64,000 bases of DNA. Source: Alphaproteobacteria bacterium (GTDB lineage: Bacteria > Pseudomonadota > Alphaproteobacteria > SP197). The position numbers and the translations under genes were made by a program. The stretch is taken from the NCBI GenBank assembly GCA_964291415.2, contig OZ219918.1, forward strand, positions 896,001 through 960,000, in the 5' to 3' direction. Numbering within the stretch: the first letter of the stretch is position 1; every line of letters starts with the position of its first letter. This document shows, one piece after another, positions 38,065 to 49,850 of this stretch. The notes below the pieces were generated by a model. It worked only from the letters and a program-made list of their open reading frames with translations. It made no database searches and was not told where the DNA came from.

Positions 38065-40056
38065 TCAGAGACGCTGTCTGACCGCCTCGACGACCGCCTC
38101 GGGCGTGATGCCGAAGTGCTCGTAGAGCGCTCCGGCGGGCGCCGATTCACCAAACCCGCTGACGCCGACAAACCCGCCTTCTTCGCCGATGATGTCCGTC
38201 CACCCGAAGGGCAGGGAGGCCTCGACGGCGACGGTCGCCCGGTCGCGCGGGATCAGGGCGGCGCGGGCATCCTGACCCTGGCTCCTGAAGAGTTCCTGGC
38301 ACGGCATCGACACGACCCGCGTGCCGATGCCGTCGTCCTCGAGAATCCGGCCTGCCTCGATGGCGATCGCGACCTCCGATCCACTGGCAACGATGGTCGC
38401 CCTGTGAACTGCTGCAGCCTCGCGAATCACGTAGGCACCCGTGCTGCAGGGATTGCCGGGAAGAGGTTCATGCCTCGCCTGGGGAAGACCCTGGCGGGAG
38501 AGCGCGATCACCGATGGCGTCGTCTGCGATGTCAGGGCCAGTTCCCAGCACTCGGCGGTCTCGATGGCATCCGCGGGGCGGTAGACATGCAGGTTGGGAA
38601 TGGCCCTCAGGCTGGCGAGGTGCTCGACCGGCTGGTGTGTCGGCCCGTCCTCGCCGAGTCCGATCGAGTCATGTGTCATCACGTAGATGACACGCTGCTG
38701 CATGAGCGCGGCAAGGCGGATTGACGGACGGCAGTAGTCGGTGAACGCAAGGAAGGTCCCGCCGTAGGGGATGATTCCGCCATGGAGCGCCATGCCGGTC
38801 ATGGCGGCGGCCATGGCGTGTTCGCGGACTCCGTAGCGAACGTAGGTTCCGGAATAGTCCCCGGCGGTGATGTCGGCCATCGCGGATGTGCGCGTGTTGT
38901 TGGAGCCGGTGAGGTCGGCCGAACCACCGATCATTTCGGGCAGGACTCCGGTCAGACGGTCAAGCGCCAGTTCACTCGCCTTTCGGGTGGCGACGCGGAC
39001 CGGATCGGCGAGCAGACCGGAGACATGGTCGGCCGTGACATCGCGCACCCGATCTTCGATGTCGCCGGCCATGCGCCGCTCGAACTCCCCGCGCGCGGCG
39101 GAATCGAGTGCATCGAGCTTGCGTTGCCATTCCTCGTGGAGGGGGGCGTTGCGCCTCCCCGCCTCGTTCCAGGCGTCGAGAATGTCACCGGGAATGACGA
39201 AGGGCTCGGAATCCCAGCCCAGTTCGCTTCGCGCCGCGGAAACCTCGTCCGCGCCCAGAGGAGAGCCGTGGGCCGCCGCCGTTCCCGCCTTGCCGGGAGA
39301 CCCGAATCCGATGACGGTGCGGCAGGCGATGAGACTTGGACGGTCGCTGTCGAGGGCCCGTTCCAGAGCGCCGGCGATCGCCTCGCCATCATGGCCATCC
39401 ACGCTTTCCACTGCCCAGTTCAGGGCCCTGAAACGCGCCAGGGCGTCGTCGGAGACGGCGAGCGAGGTCGGTCCGTCGATCGAGATGCCGTTGTCGTCGA
39501 ACAGAACGATCAGGCGGTTGAGCGCGAGGTGGCCGGCCAGAGAGGCGGCTTCGTGGCTGATTCCCTCCATCAGGCATCCGTCGCCGGCAATGACCCAGGT
39601 GCGGTGATCGACGAGGTCGCCGAAGCGGTCCGCCATGATCCTTTCGCCAAGGGCCATGCCGACGGCGTTGGCGAAACCCTGGCCGAGCGGTCCGGTGGTC
39701 GTCTCGATGCCGGGGCTTGCGCCGTACTCGGGATGGCCCGCGGTACGGCTTCCCAGCTGTCTGAACCTGCGGATCTCGTCCAGCGACATGTCGGCGTAGC
39801 CCGACAGATGGAGCAGCGCGTAAAGCAGCATGGACCCGTGACCGGCCGAGAGCACAAAGCGGTCCCGGTCCGGCCACTCCGGATGCCTCGGGTCGAACTT
39901 CAGAAACCGGGTGAAGAGCACAGTGGCGACATCCGCCATGCCCATGGGCATGCCGGGATGTCCGCTCGCTGCCGCCTCGACGGCATCCATGGCAAGGGCC
40001 CTTATGGCGTTTGCCATCCTGCGTTGTGTGACTCGTTCCACCGCCTGCCCGTCCAT
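38065..40056 (-). CDS. tkt: transketolase
   Basis: SGHPGMPMG, GDGCLMEG, GVREHAM, HDSIGLGEDGPTHQP. Confidence 0.97.
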   Translation of the reverse strand: MDGQAVERVTQRRMANAIRALAMDAVEAAASGHPGMPMGMADVATVLFTRFLKFDPRHPEWPDRDRFVLSAGHGSMLLYALLHLSGYADMSLDEIRRFRQLGSRTAGHPEYGASPGIETTTGPLGQGFANAVGMALGERIMADRFGDLVDHRTWVIAGDGCLMEGISHEAASLAGHLALNRLIVLFDDNGISIDGPTSLAVSDDALARFRALNWAVESVDGHDGEAIAGALERALDSDRPSLIACRTVIGFGSPGKAGTAAAHGSPLGADEVSAARSELGWDSEPFVIPGDILDAWNEAGRRNAPLHEEWQRKLDALDSAARGEFERRMAGDIEDRVRDVTADHVSGLLADPVRVATRKASELALDRLTGVLPEMIGGSADLTGSNNTRTSAMADITAGDYSGTYVRYGVREHAMAAAMTGMALHGGIIPYGGTFLAFTDYCRPSIRLAALMQQRVIYVMTHDSIGLGEDGPTHQPVEHLASLRAIPNLHVYRPADAIETAECWELALTSQTTPSVIALSRQGLPQARHEPLPGNPCSTGAYVIREAAAVHRATIVASGSEVAIAIEAGRILEDDGIGTRVVSMPCQELFRSQGQDARAALIPRDRATVAVEASLPFGWTDIIGEEGGFVGVSGFGESAPAGALYEHFGITPEAVVEAVRQRL

Positions 40057-40230
40057 CAGGATCGTGAACCTCCTAGCTCCATGCCCCCGTGTCCGGTGGC
40101 ATCGGCACCTTACATAAAGAGTGGAGGGAAACGGGACAAGGTCCGCCGGGCCATGGCGATCTGCAACGCCTGCCTTTATTGGCGTGCGCCATGGCGCTAT
40201 TGTCGCCCCGACTTCGGACCGGGAGCGAAC

Positions 40231-40492
40231 ATGGCTTCAAGGGACAGGACGTTGATGAGGCTGGACAAGGCCGTCAAGCGACTGGAACGTGCCCTTGACG
40301 TATCGCAGGATGCACGCAAGGGATTGCGCAGGGCCGGGCGCAGGGGATCTCGGTGGTGCCGGGCAGGGAATGAAGGAACTCGAAGAGCGGCTGAAGACGG
40401 CGGATGCCCGCCTGGGATCCGTGATCTCGGAACTGAAAACGATGTTGGAGCGCGGTGATGCCCCAGGTGACGGTACTGATCAACGGTCATGA
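40231..40492 (+). CDS. small coiled-coil protein upstream of zapA (DUF4164-like), apparently frameshifted
   Basis: MASRDRTLMRLDKAVKRLERAL in one frame and ELEERLKTADARLGSVISELKTML in another; ends uncertain. Confidence 0.5.
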
Positions 40493-40772
40493 GTATGACG
40501 TGGCCTGTGGCGAGGGGCAGGAAAGACGCACCTGCGAACTCGCCGGCTATGTTGACGGCAAGATAAAGGAACTCGTCGGCCAGCTCGGCAATCTTGGTGA
40601 TCAGCGCTTGCTGCTCCTGGCGTCGCTTCATCTTGTCGATGAGCTCTGGGACTACCAGGAGGCCGGAGCCAGGGGGACGACGAAGGCGGTGGATGTGCGC
40701 AGGGCCGCTGCCATCGATGCGCTGGCGGAGCGGATCGAGCGCATGGCCGAGCGTATCGAGGGCAGCAGGTGA
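40458..40772 (+). CDS. zapA: cell division protein ZapA
   Basis: MPQVTVLINGHEYDVACGEGQE...RLLLLASLHLVDEL. Confidence 0.9.
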   Translation: MPQVTVLINGHEYDVACGEGQERRTCELAGYVDGKIKELVGQLGNLGDQRLLLLASLHLVDELWDYQEAGARGTTKAVDVRRAAAIDALAERIERMAERIEGSR

Positions 40773-40874
40773 CACCCGTTCCGGCTGGCCCTGCAGCGCC
40801 CGGCGCGCGAGGGTTCCCCGGCGAAACCTTCAAATTGCCTGTATCCATCGGCCGGGGACCGGTTCTATAAGGAG

Positions 40875-41032
40875 ACCGGGGCGGTTGTCTGCCCGGCAGG
40901 TTGTCACATCAATCCCCGGGGCCAATGCACATCATCCGGGAGCTGTCCCTGGCGGGGGTGTGCCCCCGTTATCACGGCGCCCACCTGCACACGCAGGCCA
41001 CGGAGGAGTGCCCATGGAACAACGGCGCGGGT
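40875..41032 (+). ncRNA. ssrS: 6S RNA (boundaries approximate)
   Basis: Lies between zapA and ygfA; contains ATCCCCGGGGCC, GGGAGCTGTCCCTG and GGCGCCCACCT blocks that I associate with alphaproteobacterial 6S RNA; ends partly complementary. Confidence 0.75.
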
Positions 41033-41045
41033 GGTGCCGCCCCTG

Positions 41046-41621
41046 ATGGACGAGAAGGCGCTGCAGCGCAGGCGCTGCATGGAGTTGAGGAAGCGGCTTC
41101 ATGCCTCCCCCGGCGATGCCGGCGAGAGAGCGTGCCGTCACTTCCTGTCGACAATCGGATTTCCTTCCGGCGCCGCCATATCCGCCTACATTCCGGTCGG
41201 TTCGGAGTTCGATGTCCTGCCGCTCGCCAGGGCAGCCCATGCCGGCGGACATGAGGTCGGCATGCCCGTTGTCGTGGCAAGGGACCGGCCCCTTGTCTTT
41301 CGGGCATGGACCCCGGGCGACAGACTGGAAGCCGGTGCGTGGAACATTCCGGTTCCAGCCGCCGGTGCGGCGCCCGTGGTCCCGCGCCTTCTTCTTGTTC
41401 CGATGCTGGCGTTCGATCCGGAAGGATACCGACTGGGCTATGGCGGCGGATTCTACGACCGCACGCTCCAGGAACTCAGGCGCAGTGGCCGGACGGTCAC
41501 CGCCGTGGGTGTGTGCTATGCCGGGCTCGAAGTCGACGCGGTGCCTCGCCAGACCCATGATGCCCGCCTCGACTGGATCGTGACCGAGGACGGCGCGTGG
41601 TCAACAGGAGAGGTGGCGTGA
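41046..41621 (+). CDS. ygfA: 5-formyltetrahydrofolate cyclo-ligase
   Basis: VPMLAFD...GYRLGYGGGFYDRTL, HDARLDWIVTE. Confidence 0.93.
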   Translation: MDEKALQRRRCMELRKRLHASPGDAGERACRHFLSTIGFPSGAAISAYIPVGSEFDVLPLARAAHAGGHEVGMPVVVARDRPLVFRAWTPGDRLEAGAWNIPVPAAGAAPVVPRLLLVPMLAFDPEGYRLGYGGGFYDRTLQELRRSGRTVTAVGVCYAGLEVDAVPRQTHDARLDWIVTEDGAWSTGEVA

Positions 41622-41643
41622 TTGCCCCAGGGAGAGACGAGAG

Positions 41644-43696
41644 ATGACTGACAGCAGTGCGACGAGGATCGTCAGCGGATTTCCGTGTCCAGGTGAAGGA
41701 GATCGAGCATGTCTGGATTCCCATGGCCGACGGGGTGCGCCTGTCGGCGCGCATCTGGATGCCCGACGATGCCGAAGACAAGCCGGTGCCCGCGATTCTC
41801 GAGTACATCCCCTACCGCAAGCGCGATCATACGCGCGCCTGGGATGACCCCCGCCACCACTACTGGGCCGGACACGGCTATGCCTGTGTGAGGCTCGACA
41901 TTCGCGGCACCGGCGAGTCGGAGGGTCTCATCACGGATGAGTATGCGCTCTCCAGGAGCAGGACGACGCCCTGGAAGCGATTGCCTGGATCGCCGCCCGG
42001 CCCTGGTGCAGCGGCCGTGTCGGCATGACGGGCATCTCGTGGGGCGGCTTCAACAGCCTGCAGGTGGCGGCGCGCCGGCCACCGGCCCTGAAGGCGATCA
42101 TTACCCACTGTTCGACCGATGACCGCTACAGCGACGACGTGCACTACATGGGCGGATGTCTGCTGCTCGAGAACTTCTTCTGGGGTTCGGCGTACCTGAT
42201 GCTCATGGCGCGCTCCGGCGATCCGTTGATCCAGGGGGAGCGATGGCGGGACCAGTGGCTGGAGAGACTGGAGAACCAGGAGCCCGTCGCCGCCACTCTC
42301 TGGCTCGCCCACCAGCGGCGGGATGCCTACTGGAAGCATGGATCGGTCTGCGAGAACTGGTCGGACATCGACTGCGCGGTCTATGCCGTGGGCGGCTGGA
42401 ACGACGGTTACTCGAATGCCGTGCCACGCATGCTCGAAAATCTTGACGTTCCGGCCAGGGGACTCATCGGTCCGTGGGGCCACAAGTACCCCCAGGACGC
42501 CATTCCGGGACCCTCGATCGGATTCCTTCAGCATGGCCTGCGCTGGTGGGACCACTGGCTGAAGGACGAGGACCCGGAGTTTGCAGACGAACCTCAGCTG
42601 ACGGTCTGGCTCGACGAATTCCAGTCGCCGGACGCCTGCCTGGCGCAGTCGAAGGGACGCTGGGTGAGCGAGGCCGCATGGCCTTCACCCAATTCCGTCG
42701 CCCACACCCTCTTCCTCAATGCCGACGGCCTTGCGGCGGAAGCCGGTGAGCACGTGACCATGGACCACCGGTCCTCCGGAGACCGTTGGTGTCGCGGCCG
42801 GAAACTGGTGTCCCTACGGGCTCGGCGGTTCCAGCCCTGACCTGCCGCTCGACCAGCGGGAGGATGATGCCGTGTCGCTCGTGTTCGATGGTGAACCGCT
42901 CGACGAGCGCCTCGAGATCCTCGGGGCGCCGGAAATCGTGCTCGACGTTGCGGTGGACCGTCCTCAGGCGATGGTGGTGGTGCGGCTCAATGACGTCGCG
43001 CCGACCGGAGAATCCATGCGCGTGACATGGGGAGTGCTCAATCTCTCGCACGCCCGCAGCCACGAGGAACCATCCTTGATGACGCCGGGAGAATCGGTGA
43101 CGGTCCGTCTCAAACTGAACGACTGCGCCCACGCCTTTCTGGCCGGACACCGGATTCGCGTCGCCATCTCGACGAGCTACTTTCCCGTCGTGTGGCCGGC
43201 GCCGGAAGTCTTCACCCTTTCTCTCACTGGTGGCGCCGCCAGCAAACTGATGCTGCCGGTCCGGCCCTTGCAGGGCGACGATGATCCGCAGGTCGTCTTC
43301 GACGAACCCGAAATGGCGCCGTTTCCCGACATGACGGTCCTGGTGCCTCCCTCGTCTTCGAGGACGGTCGAGCGGGATGTCGCGAGCGGTGAGCAGGTCA
43401 TGCGCCTGGTGGAGGACGGTGGCGTCTGCCGCCTCGAGGCGATCGACATGGAGTGTGCCGACGGCACCCGGTTCGAGTTCGCCATCACGAAAGGTGATCC
43501 GCTTTCGGCTCGGGCAGTCTGGCGCTGGTGGAGCCGCCGCAGCCGGGGCGACTGGAGTGCCGGTGTCAGGGTACGGATGGAGATTCGGTCGTCGGCAGAC
43601 ACCTGGCACGTGGCCAGCGACCTTGAGGCCTTCGAGGGAGACCGGCGAATCTTTTCGCGCTCATGGAATCATGACATTGCGAGAGATCACTGCTGA
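41644..43696 (+). CDS. CocE/NonD (S15) family hydrolase; three apparent frameshifts (~41689, ~41950, ~42775)
   Basis: WIPMADGVRLSARIW, EYIPYRKRD / GISWGG, GGWNDGY, GPWGH / C-terminal PepX-like domain. Removing 1+2+1 nt gives 683 codons. Confidence 0.85.
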
Positions 43697-44778
43697 GCGG
43701 CGATTCCGGCCAGCATGACCTTCTCGACCGCCGTCGCCCTGTCGAAGACCATCTCCTTCCAGGCACCGGTGTCGGGATAGAAACAGCGCCGGATCTCCGC
43801 CTTGATGGCGCGGCCAAGATCCGAGTCGAGATCTCCGTGACTGTGGAGCCAGCAGTCCGCCATCAGGGATTCAAGAACCTCGTCGAGAGGTGAGGTGCCG
43901 TATTCCAGGGTCGCCATGGTGAGACGGGCGTGATCGGCGGCCCTGGCGACTGCAAGGTTGTTGGTGCCGGTGAGCGGCGCGGAGACCGAACTGCCGTCGC
44001 TGGTCGATGTCACGGCGCCTTCACCGAACCAGTCGACCAGACGCCGGTGACCGGGTTCGCCTGCATCGTGATCGGAAATCAGCTCGCCGACGCCAAAGGG
44101 GCCCAGTCCGGTATGGTAGTCGAGGAACGCGACGTGGCGGGCGCCCGCAGCATGCCGGCGGACGATTGAGGTCAACGTGGTGGCCGACCAGGAAAGGGCC
44201 GATCCGCCGTAGAAGAGGCCCTCCGCGTGACTGTGCTGACCGGTCGAAATGGCGCCCTGCAGAGCCATGTCCCCCAGGCGTTCGCGATAGCTCTCCATCG
44301 CCGCACGACATTGGGCCCGCGATTCAGCCGTCCACTCATCCGGGCACAGGGCCTCCTTTAGCTCCTCGTAGCCTTCGTTGATGGCGTACGGCTGGTCATG
44401 GTCGACATGATTGCGGTTGAGATCGACGTTCTCCTGGGTCACGCGGCGCAGCCAGGAAAAGCCGAAGGGATTGATGGCATGGATCAGGACAACGGCGACA
44501 TCGTCATCCCGGCCGTCGTAGAGGCCTGATGCAAGGGCGCCGGTCTGGACTCCCGAACCGCAGAATCCCTCGACGCCGTGGGTGGCCGACATGGTCATGA
44601 AGACCCGTCCGGCGTCGTCGGGGCCCAGGCGCGCGACATCCGTGGCCAGGACCTCGCCGTCCCGGCCTGCCCTGGGGTGGAGGTGCTGCTCGACACGCGC
44701 TCCACATGACAGGCAGGCATCGAGAAAGGCCTGACGGGCGTCACGGTAGGTTGCGGAAAAGAACTGCTCAGGATGCAT
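43687..44778 (-). CDS. M14-family metallopeptidase (DUF2817)
   Basis: SATHGVEGFCGS (HxxE), NVDLNRN, DYHTGLG, TLEYGT. Confidence 0.85.
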   Translation of the reverse strand: MHPEQFFSATYRDARQAFLDACLSCGARVEQHLHPRAGRDGEVLATDVARLGPDDAGRVFMTMSATHGVEGFCGSGVQTGALASGLYDGRDDDVAVVLIHAINPFGFSWLRRVTQENVDLNRNHVDHDQPYAINEGYEELKEALCPDEWTAESRAQCRAAMESYRERLGDMALQGAISTGQHSHAEGLFYGGSALSWSATTLTSIVRRHAAGARHVAFLDYHTGLGPFGVGELISDHDAGEPGHRRLVDWFGEGAVTSTSDGSSVSAPLTGTNNLAVARAADHARLTMATLEYGTSPLDEVLESLMADCWLHSHGDLDSDLGRAIKAEIRRCFYPDTGAWKEMVFDRATAVEKVMLAGIAAQQ

Positions 44779-44836
44779 CGCCGGTCCCGGTGCTGTTGTC
44801 ACGGGGTGACACGGTAGCACTCGCCCTTGCCGGCGA

Positions 44837-47563
44837 TCACGCGTTTTCCCGCAGGTGCTCTCTGACACAGCCGATGGCCTGATCCAGCTTGAGCCGGGCG
44901 ACCTCCACCCCTTCCGGAAAGGCGCTCGCCATGCGCGAAGGCAGGCGCGGATCGAGGAGCACGAAGACGCCACGGTCGTCCATCCGCCTGACGAGACGAC
45001 CGTAGGCCTGGCGCAATCTGAGCCGCGTGATGAGATCGTTCCACTGCAGGTCCCCGAATGCGGAGTGTCGGGCCCTGTGCAGAAGATCGGGCCGCGGCCA
45101 GGGCACGCGGTCGAAGACGATAAGGCGCAGGGAGCGTCCGGGAACATCAACGCCGTCGCGCACGGCATCGGTGCCGAGCAGACAGGAGTTCTCTTCGGCA
45201 CGAAAGATGTCCACCAGGGTTCCGGTGTCCATGGCGTCGACGTGCTGCGCATAGAGGGGCAGCCCTGCCTGCTGGAGGGGAAGGGCAATGCGCTGGTGCA
45301 CGCGTCTCAGGCGTCTGATGGCCGTGAAGATTCCGAGGCCGCCTCCCCCGGCGGCCGTGAAGAGATCGCGAAAGGCAATGCTGACCCCTACCTCCTCCTG
45401 GCGCGGTACGTCCGTGACCACGATGACCCGCGTGAGGTCCGGGTAGGCAAACGGGGAGGAGATGGCTGAACGGGCCGGCGGGTCGGCAAGGTGGCGCAGG
45501 CCGGTCCGCAGGCCGGCTGTAAGCCAGGTTCCGTCACCTGTCTGTTGGTGGTCACGCGCATCACGCAGTGTCGCCGAGGTGATGACGACACCATGGGCCT
45601 TCGAGACAACATTTTCGGCGAAGGGCTTGCCCGGATCGATCCAGTGACGGTGCATGCCCGTATCGAGCTCACGTCCGTCAATGCGATTGATCGACAGGAA
45701 GTCGTGGTACTCTTCCGGGGTCTCGGTCCCCAGTGTCTCGAGCATGTGCCGCCACTCGGCAACGACGTCGACGCCGCGCAGGCGGATGCCACGCATCGTC
45801 GCTTCCATGCGTTGTTGCGTGTGCTCCTCGAGGTGTTCCTTCTGGCGGATCAATTCCTCGCCCAGGTGCGCGATGAGATCGGTGAGCGGCCGCTCCAGGG
45901 CGCCCAGCGCTTCGTGGAGGGCGATGGCCGCTGCCAGGAGTGGCTCAGGAGGGCGATCGGCCAGGCACTCCAGACTGTAGCTGCCCTGAGCATCGCCGGT
46001 CCGGTCCAGCACCTGGCGGCGCACCAGGAAGAAGAAGGCTTCTGCCTTTCCCGCCGGGGCGCCGGCGGAGAACCGGTCAAGCCAGCCCGGTGCCGGCAGA
46101 ACGGAGGCCGTGCGCGCGATGTCGGCGATGAGGGCACGGCCTTCGTCACCGATGAGGTCCCGCACCCTCTGCATGAGGCCGCGTGCCCGCGACTGGCGGC
46201 TCCCTGCACCGAGCAGCCAACGGCGCAGGTCCTCCGCTTCGCGGCAGGTGAGTTCGGTGGCAAACACCCTGTCGGCAGCATCGAAGATATGATGTCCCTC
46301 ATCGAAGATGTAGCGCGTCGGGGCATGGGGATCGCCTTCGCCGCTGTGCCAGGCCTGCAGCAGGCTGAGCGCGTGATTGGAAACGACAATGTCGGCATGG
46401 TGCGCCCGGCGCACGGACCCTTCGATAAAGCACTTCCGGAAGTGATCGCAGGCGCTGTAGATGCACTCGCCGCGGCGGTCCGCGAGATCCATGGTTTGCC
46501 GGTAGCCGAGCAGCTCGAGAAGCCAGCCGGGAAGAGAACCGCCCTGCATGTCGCCGTCGGACGTGGTCTGGATCCAGCGTCCGATGAGACCCAGTCGGAC
46601 CGTGTCCCCGACCGAACCGACACGGCGATTGACCGCGTCGGCGAAGTTGAGCAGGCACAGGTAGTTCTCGCGACCCTTTCGCACGACCACACGCCGCCGC
46701 CTGGCCTCGCTCTCGGGGATGAGCCGGTCGAGTTCCTGGTTGATCTGGCGCTGCAGGTTCCTGGTGTAGGTGCTGATCCACACGGTGCCGCGGTTCTTTT
46801 CCGCCCACAGACTGGCCGGCGCGATGTATCCAAGGGTCTTTCCGACCCCCGTGCCGGCCTCTGCCAGCACGGCGGCGACCGCACCCGGCTCGCGCCGAGG
46901 GGCGAAGCCTGGGATCAGCGACTGTGCATATCGCAGCTGTTCGGACCGGTCCTCGGCATTCTCACCGAGAAGGGACACCAGCCGGGATGCCACGTCATCC
47001 TGGCCGATGATGTCGGCGCGTGGTGGTGGGCGCGGTTCCCTGTCCGACCATTCCCGTAGAGTGGACCAGACGTCAAGACTGCCTTGCGTATCCGGCGTCA
47101 GGTTCAGTGCAGCAGCGACATCGCCCGCCCAGGGCCAGGCGCTGTCGACCATGGCGGCCGCAATGGCAGCCGCCTCGTCCCTCTGCTCGCGGTCGAACGC
47201 CGCCAGTTCGTCGAGCAGGAGCGCTGTACACGTCCGCAGCGCCATCGCCTGATCAGCCATGTCGCGGGGCAGGCCACCGCCGAGTGCGCGGGCGACGCCG
47301 AAGGGCGTGGGAACCGCAAAGGAACCAGGGCGCACGAATGCGAGGATTTCCAGGATATCGAAGGCCGGCAAGTGGCGGGTCCCGGTGCGACCGCCGGTGG
47401 CTACGGCATGGCACAGGAGAGGTACGGTCCCGCGTTTCCACCTCTGACCGGCCTCTTCGCGGTCGATTTCCTCGATCACGCCGTCGGCGGTCAGCCAGAC
47501 GGCACTGGCAGCGCCCGCCACAAGTGTCGGAGCCTCGGCCCAGGTCATGGCGCGATCAGTCAC
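44837..47563 (-). CDS. DinG-family ATP-dependent helicase
   Basis: [17 protein letters not shown], Fe-S Cys cluster, [22 protein letters not shown]. Confidence 0.92.
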   Translation of the reverse strand: MTDRAMTWAEAPTLVAGAASAVWLTADGVIEEIDREEAGQRWKRGTVPLLCHAVATGGRTGTRHLPAFDILEILAFVRPGSFAVPTPFGVARALGGGLPRDMADQAMALRTCTALLLDELAAFDREQRDEAAAIAAAMVDSAWPWAGDVAAALNLTPDTQGSLDVWSTLREWSDREPRPPPRADIIGQDDVASRLVSLLGENAEDRSEQLRYAQSLIPGFAPRREPGAVAAVLAEAGTGVGKTLGYIAPASLWAEKNRGTVWISTYTRNLQRQINQELDRLIPESEARRRRVVVRKGRENYLCLLNFADAVNRRVGSVGDTVRLGLIGRWIQTTSDGDMQGGSLPGWLLELLGYRQTMDLADRRGECIYSACDHFRKCFIEGSVRRAHHADIVVSNHALSLLQAWHSGEGDPHAPTRYIFDEGHHIFDAADRVFATELTCREAEDLRRWLLGAGSRQSRARGLMQRVRDLIGDEGRALIADIARTASVLPAPGWLDRFSAGAPAGKAEAFFFLVRRQVLDRTGDAQGSYSLECLADRPPEPLLAAAIALHEALGALERPLTDLIAHLGEELIRQKEHLEEHTQQRMEATMRGIRLRGVDVVAEWRHMLETLGTETPEEYHDFLSINRIDGRELDTGMHRHWIDPGKPFAENVVSKAHGVVITSATLRDARDHQQTGDGTWLTAGLRTGLRHLADPPARSAISSPFAYPDLTRVIVVTDVPRQEEVGVSIAFRDLFTAAGGGGLGIFTAIRRLRRVHQRIALPLQQAGLPLYAQHVDAMDTGTLVDIFRAEENSCLLGTDAVRDGVDVPGRSLRLIVFDRVPWPRPDLLHRARHSAFGDLQWNDLITRLRLRQAYGRLVRRMDDRGVFVLLDPRLPSRMASAFPEGVEVARLKLDQAIGCVREHLRENA

Positions 47564-49133
47564 ATGCGAGCTTGCCGCGGATGAGCGCGAGAGTCTCGCT
47601 GCGTCCGTAGAGGGCCATGAAACTGCCGAAACGCGGTCCGGAGGGCTGGCCGAGGAGAACTTCGTAGAGGGTTGCGAACCAGGTCCTCAGAGGCTCGAAC
47701 CCGTGGTCCCGCCCGGTGGCATAGGTCTCGCTCTGGAAGTCCTCGCCGGTTGCCGTATCCGGGAGTGTCTCCAGGCGGCCGGCCAGGTCGGCGAGGGCAT
47801 CCCGCTCCTTCTCGTCGGGAATGCGGTAGTGCTTCTCCTTCCTCACCACGTCCCGGTAGTAGTGGACGGCGAGGCGCGCCAGACGGTCGAGCAGGGGGTG
47901 GGTCTCAGGAGAGGTTCCGGGAAGATAGCGGCTGATGAAGCCCCACAGGATGGCTTCGTCGGCGGCATTGCAGACACTGGCGAGGTTGAGAAGCATGGCA
48001 TAGGAGAGAGGCTGCTCCTCGACCGGCGGATCGCCGGCGTGGATGTGCCATACCGGGTTGGCAAGGCGCTGATCATGGTCCTGGCTGTGGTAGAGCTCGA
48101 GGTGCCGCGCATGTTCGTCGACGTGACGCGGGATGACGTCGAAGTAGAGCCGCTTCGCCGTGCGCGGCTTGGTGTACATGAAGAGCGCAAGGCTTTCCGG
48201 AGTGCCGTAGCGCAGCCACTCATCGATGGTGAGGCCATTGCCGCGGGACTTCGAGATCTTCTCGCCGTTCTGGTCGAGGAAGAGTTCGTAGTTGAAACCC
48301 TCCGGCGGCGTGCCGCCCAGGGCCCGGCAAATGCGCCCGGAGATGGTCACCGAATCAATCAGGTCCTTGCCGGCCATTTCGTAGTCGACGTCCAGGGCAT
48401 GCCAGCGCATGCCCCAGTCCGGCTTCCAGTTGAGCTTGCAGTGTCCTCCCGTGACCGGCACTTCCGCCCTGGTCCCGTCCTCGTCCTCGAAGACGACCGT
48501 TCCCTTTCCGGGATGGCGTTCGAGGAGAGGCACGTAGAGGACCCGGCCGCTCACCGGGGAGATCGGCAGGAAGGGCGAATAGGTCTTGCGGCGCTCCTCC
48601 CTCAGGGTCGGCAACATGATTTCCATGATGGCGTCGAACCGCTCGAGGACGCGCAGGAGGGCGTCGTCGAAGGCGCCGGAACGGTACATTTCGGAGGAAC
48701 TCACGAACTCGTAGTCGAAACCGAATCGGTCCAGAAAGGACCTCAGCATCGCATTGTTGTGGTCCCCGAAGCTCGCATGATCGCTGTCGAAGGGGTTGGG
48801 AATCCTCGTCAGTGGATGGCCGATGTGGCGCGCCATCATGTCCTTTTCCGGGACGTTGTCGGGCACCTTGCGCAATCCGTCCATGTCGTCGGAATAGGCA
48901 ACCAGACGTGTCGGCACGTCGGACATCTGCGAGAAGGCGTGGCGAACCATGCTCGTGCGGACGACCTCGCCGAATGTGCCGATATGGGGCAGACCCGACG
49001 GCCCGTAGCCCGTCTCGAACAGCACATGGCCCTTCTGCGGCGTGCGGCCTTCCAGCCGTTCAAGGAGCTTCCGCGCCTCCTCGAATGGCCAGGCCCTGAT
49101 GGCGCGGGCCCGTTCTTCAGACAGCTCCACCAA
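47556..49133 (-). CDS. lysS: lysine--tRNA ligase, class I
   Basis: [40 protein letters not shown]; TTG/GTG start behind GAGGAG. Confidence 0.95.
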   Translation of the reverse strand: MVELSEERARAIRAWPFEEARKLLERLEGRTPQKGHVLFETGYGPSGLPHIGTFGEVVRTSMVRHAFSQMSDVPTRLVAYSDDMDGLRKVPDNVPEKDMMARHIGHPLTRIPNPFDSDHASFGDHNNAMLRSFLDRFGFDYEFVSSSEMYRSGAFDDALLRVLERFDAIMEIMLPTLREERRKTYSPFLPISPVSGRVLYVPLLERHPGKGTVVFEDEDGTRAEVPVTGGHCKLNWKPDWGMRWHALDVDYEMAGKDLIDSVTISGRICRALGGTPPEGFNYELFLDQNGEKISKSRGNGLTIDEWLRYGTPESLALFMYTKPRTAKRLYFDVIPRHVDEHARHLELYHSQDHDQRLANPVWHIHAGDPPVEEQPLSYAMLLNLASVCNAADEAILWGFISRYLPGTSPETHPLLDRLARLAVHYYRDVVRKEKHYRIPDEKERDALADLAGRLETLPDTATGEDFQSETYATGRDHGFEPLRTWFATLYEVLLGQPSGPRFGSFMALYGRSETLALIRGKLACD

Positions 49134-49325
49134 CCTGGTGACTCCTCGAAATGTGCGCTGAAACCTATGTCCGGATGCTGCCGTTCGCAAGGCAGGCACC
49201 ATGAGCCCCTGGCGGTCTCGAAGGTCGTGCGACTCGCGGCACGTTCGGTCAGGATCGAGTTCCCGGCGCCTGCCGCAACAGGCGCCGGGAACAATGTCGA
49301 CGAATCAGACTCGGGAACCGTCCTG

Positions 49326-49850
49326 TCAGCCGCAGGCGGGCTCCGGCGAGACGGCAGGCAGGCGGCGCCAGTCGGAAAACGGGATGTCGCGGCCGGGAAA
49401 GGCGGGTGAGCGGAAGGGCCATGTGGAGGCAATCCAGTGGCGGACCGTGGCGTAGAGTTCATCATCGAGGCCGCTGGCAAGCTCGTCGGCCCGGACCCAC
49501 ATCGTCACCTTGGCGTCATGGTCCCGCTTGAGTGTGGGCATGATGTAGACGCAGCCCAGGCAGCGGCTCTCGTCGGGAGCCATCACCGTATAGGCAAAGG
49601 ACACGCGCAGGGTGAACTCCCGCTGATGCCAGCCGAGATCGACGAGGTCATCCTCCAGCGTCAGGCCGGCGGGCCAGTCGCTGCCGCTCTCCCGGGAGTA
49701 GGTCGCGCGCAGGTGGTCGACGCTCGACATGACGGCGTCGTAGTCCCTGACGAGATCGTTCACCGTCAGCATGCGCAGGCGAAAGCTGGAATGCTCGAGC
49801 GTGGCCGGAACGTCGAAGTCGTCCGGCACGAGACGTGGTCGATCATGCAT
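49326..49850 (-). CDS. GNAT-like N-acetyltransferase
   Basis: DYDAVMSS, WHQREF, FAYTV, CLGCVYI, WPF...FPGR. Confidence 0.7.
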   Translation of the reverse strand: MHDRPRLVPDDFDVPATLEHSSFRLRMLTVNDLVRDYDAVMSSVDHLRATYSRESGSDWPAGLTLEDDLVDLGWHQREFTLRVSFAYTVMAPDESRCLGCVYIMPTLKRDHDAKVTMWVRADELASGLDDELYATVRHWIASTWPFRSPAFPGRDIPFSDWRRLPAVSPEPACG

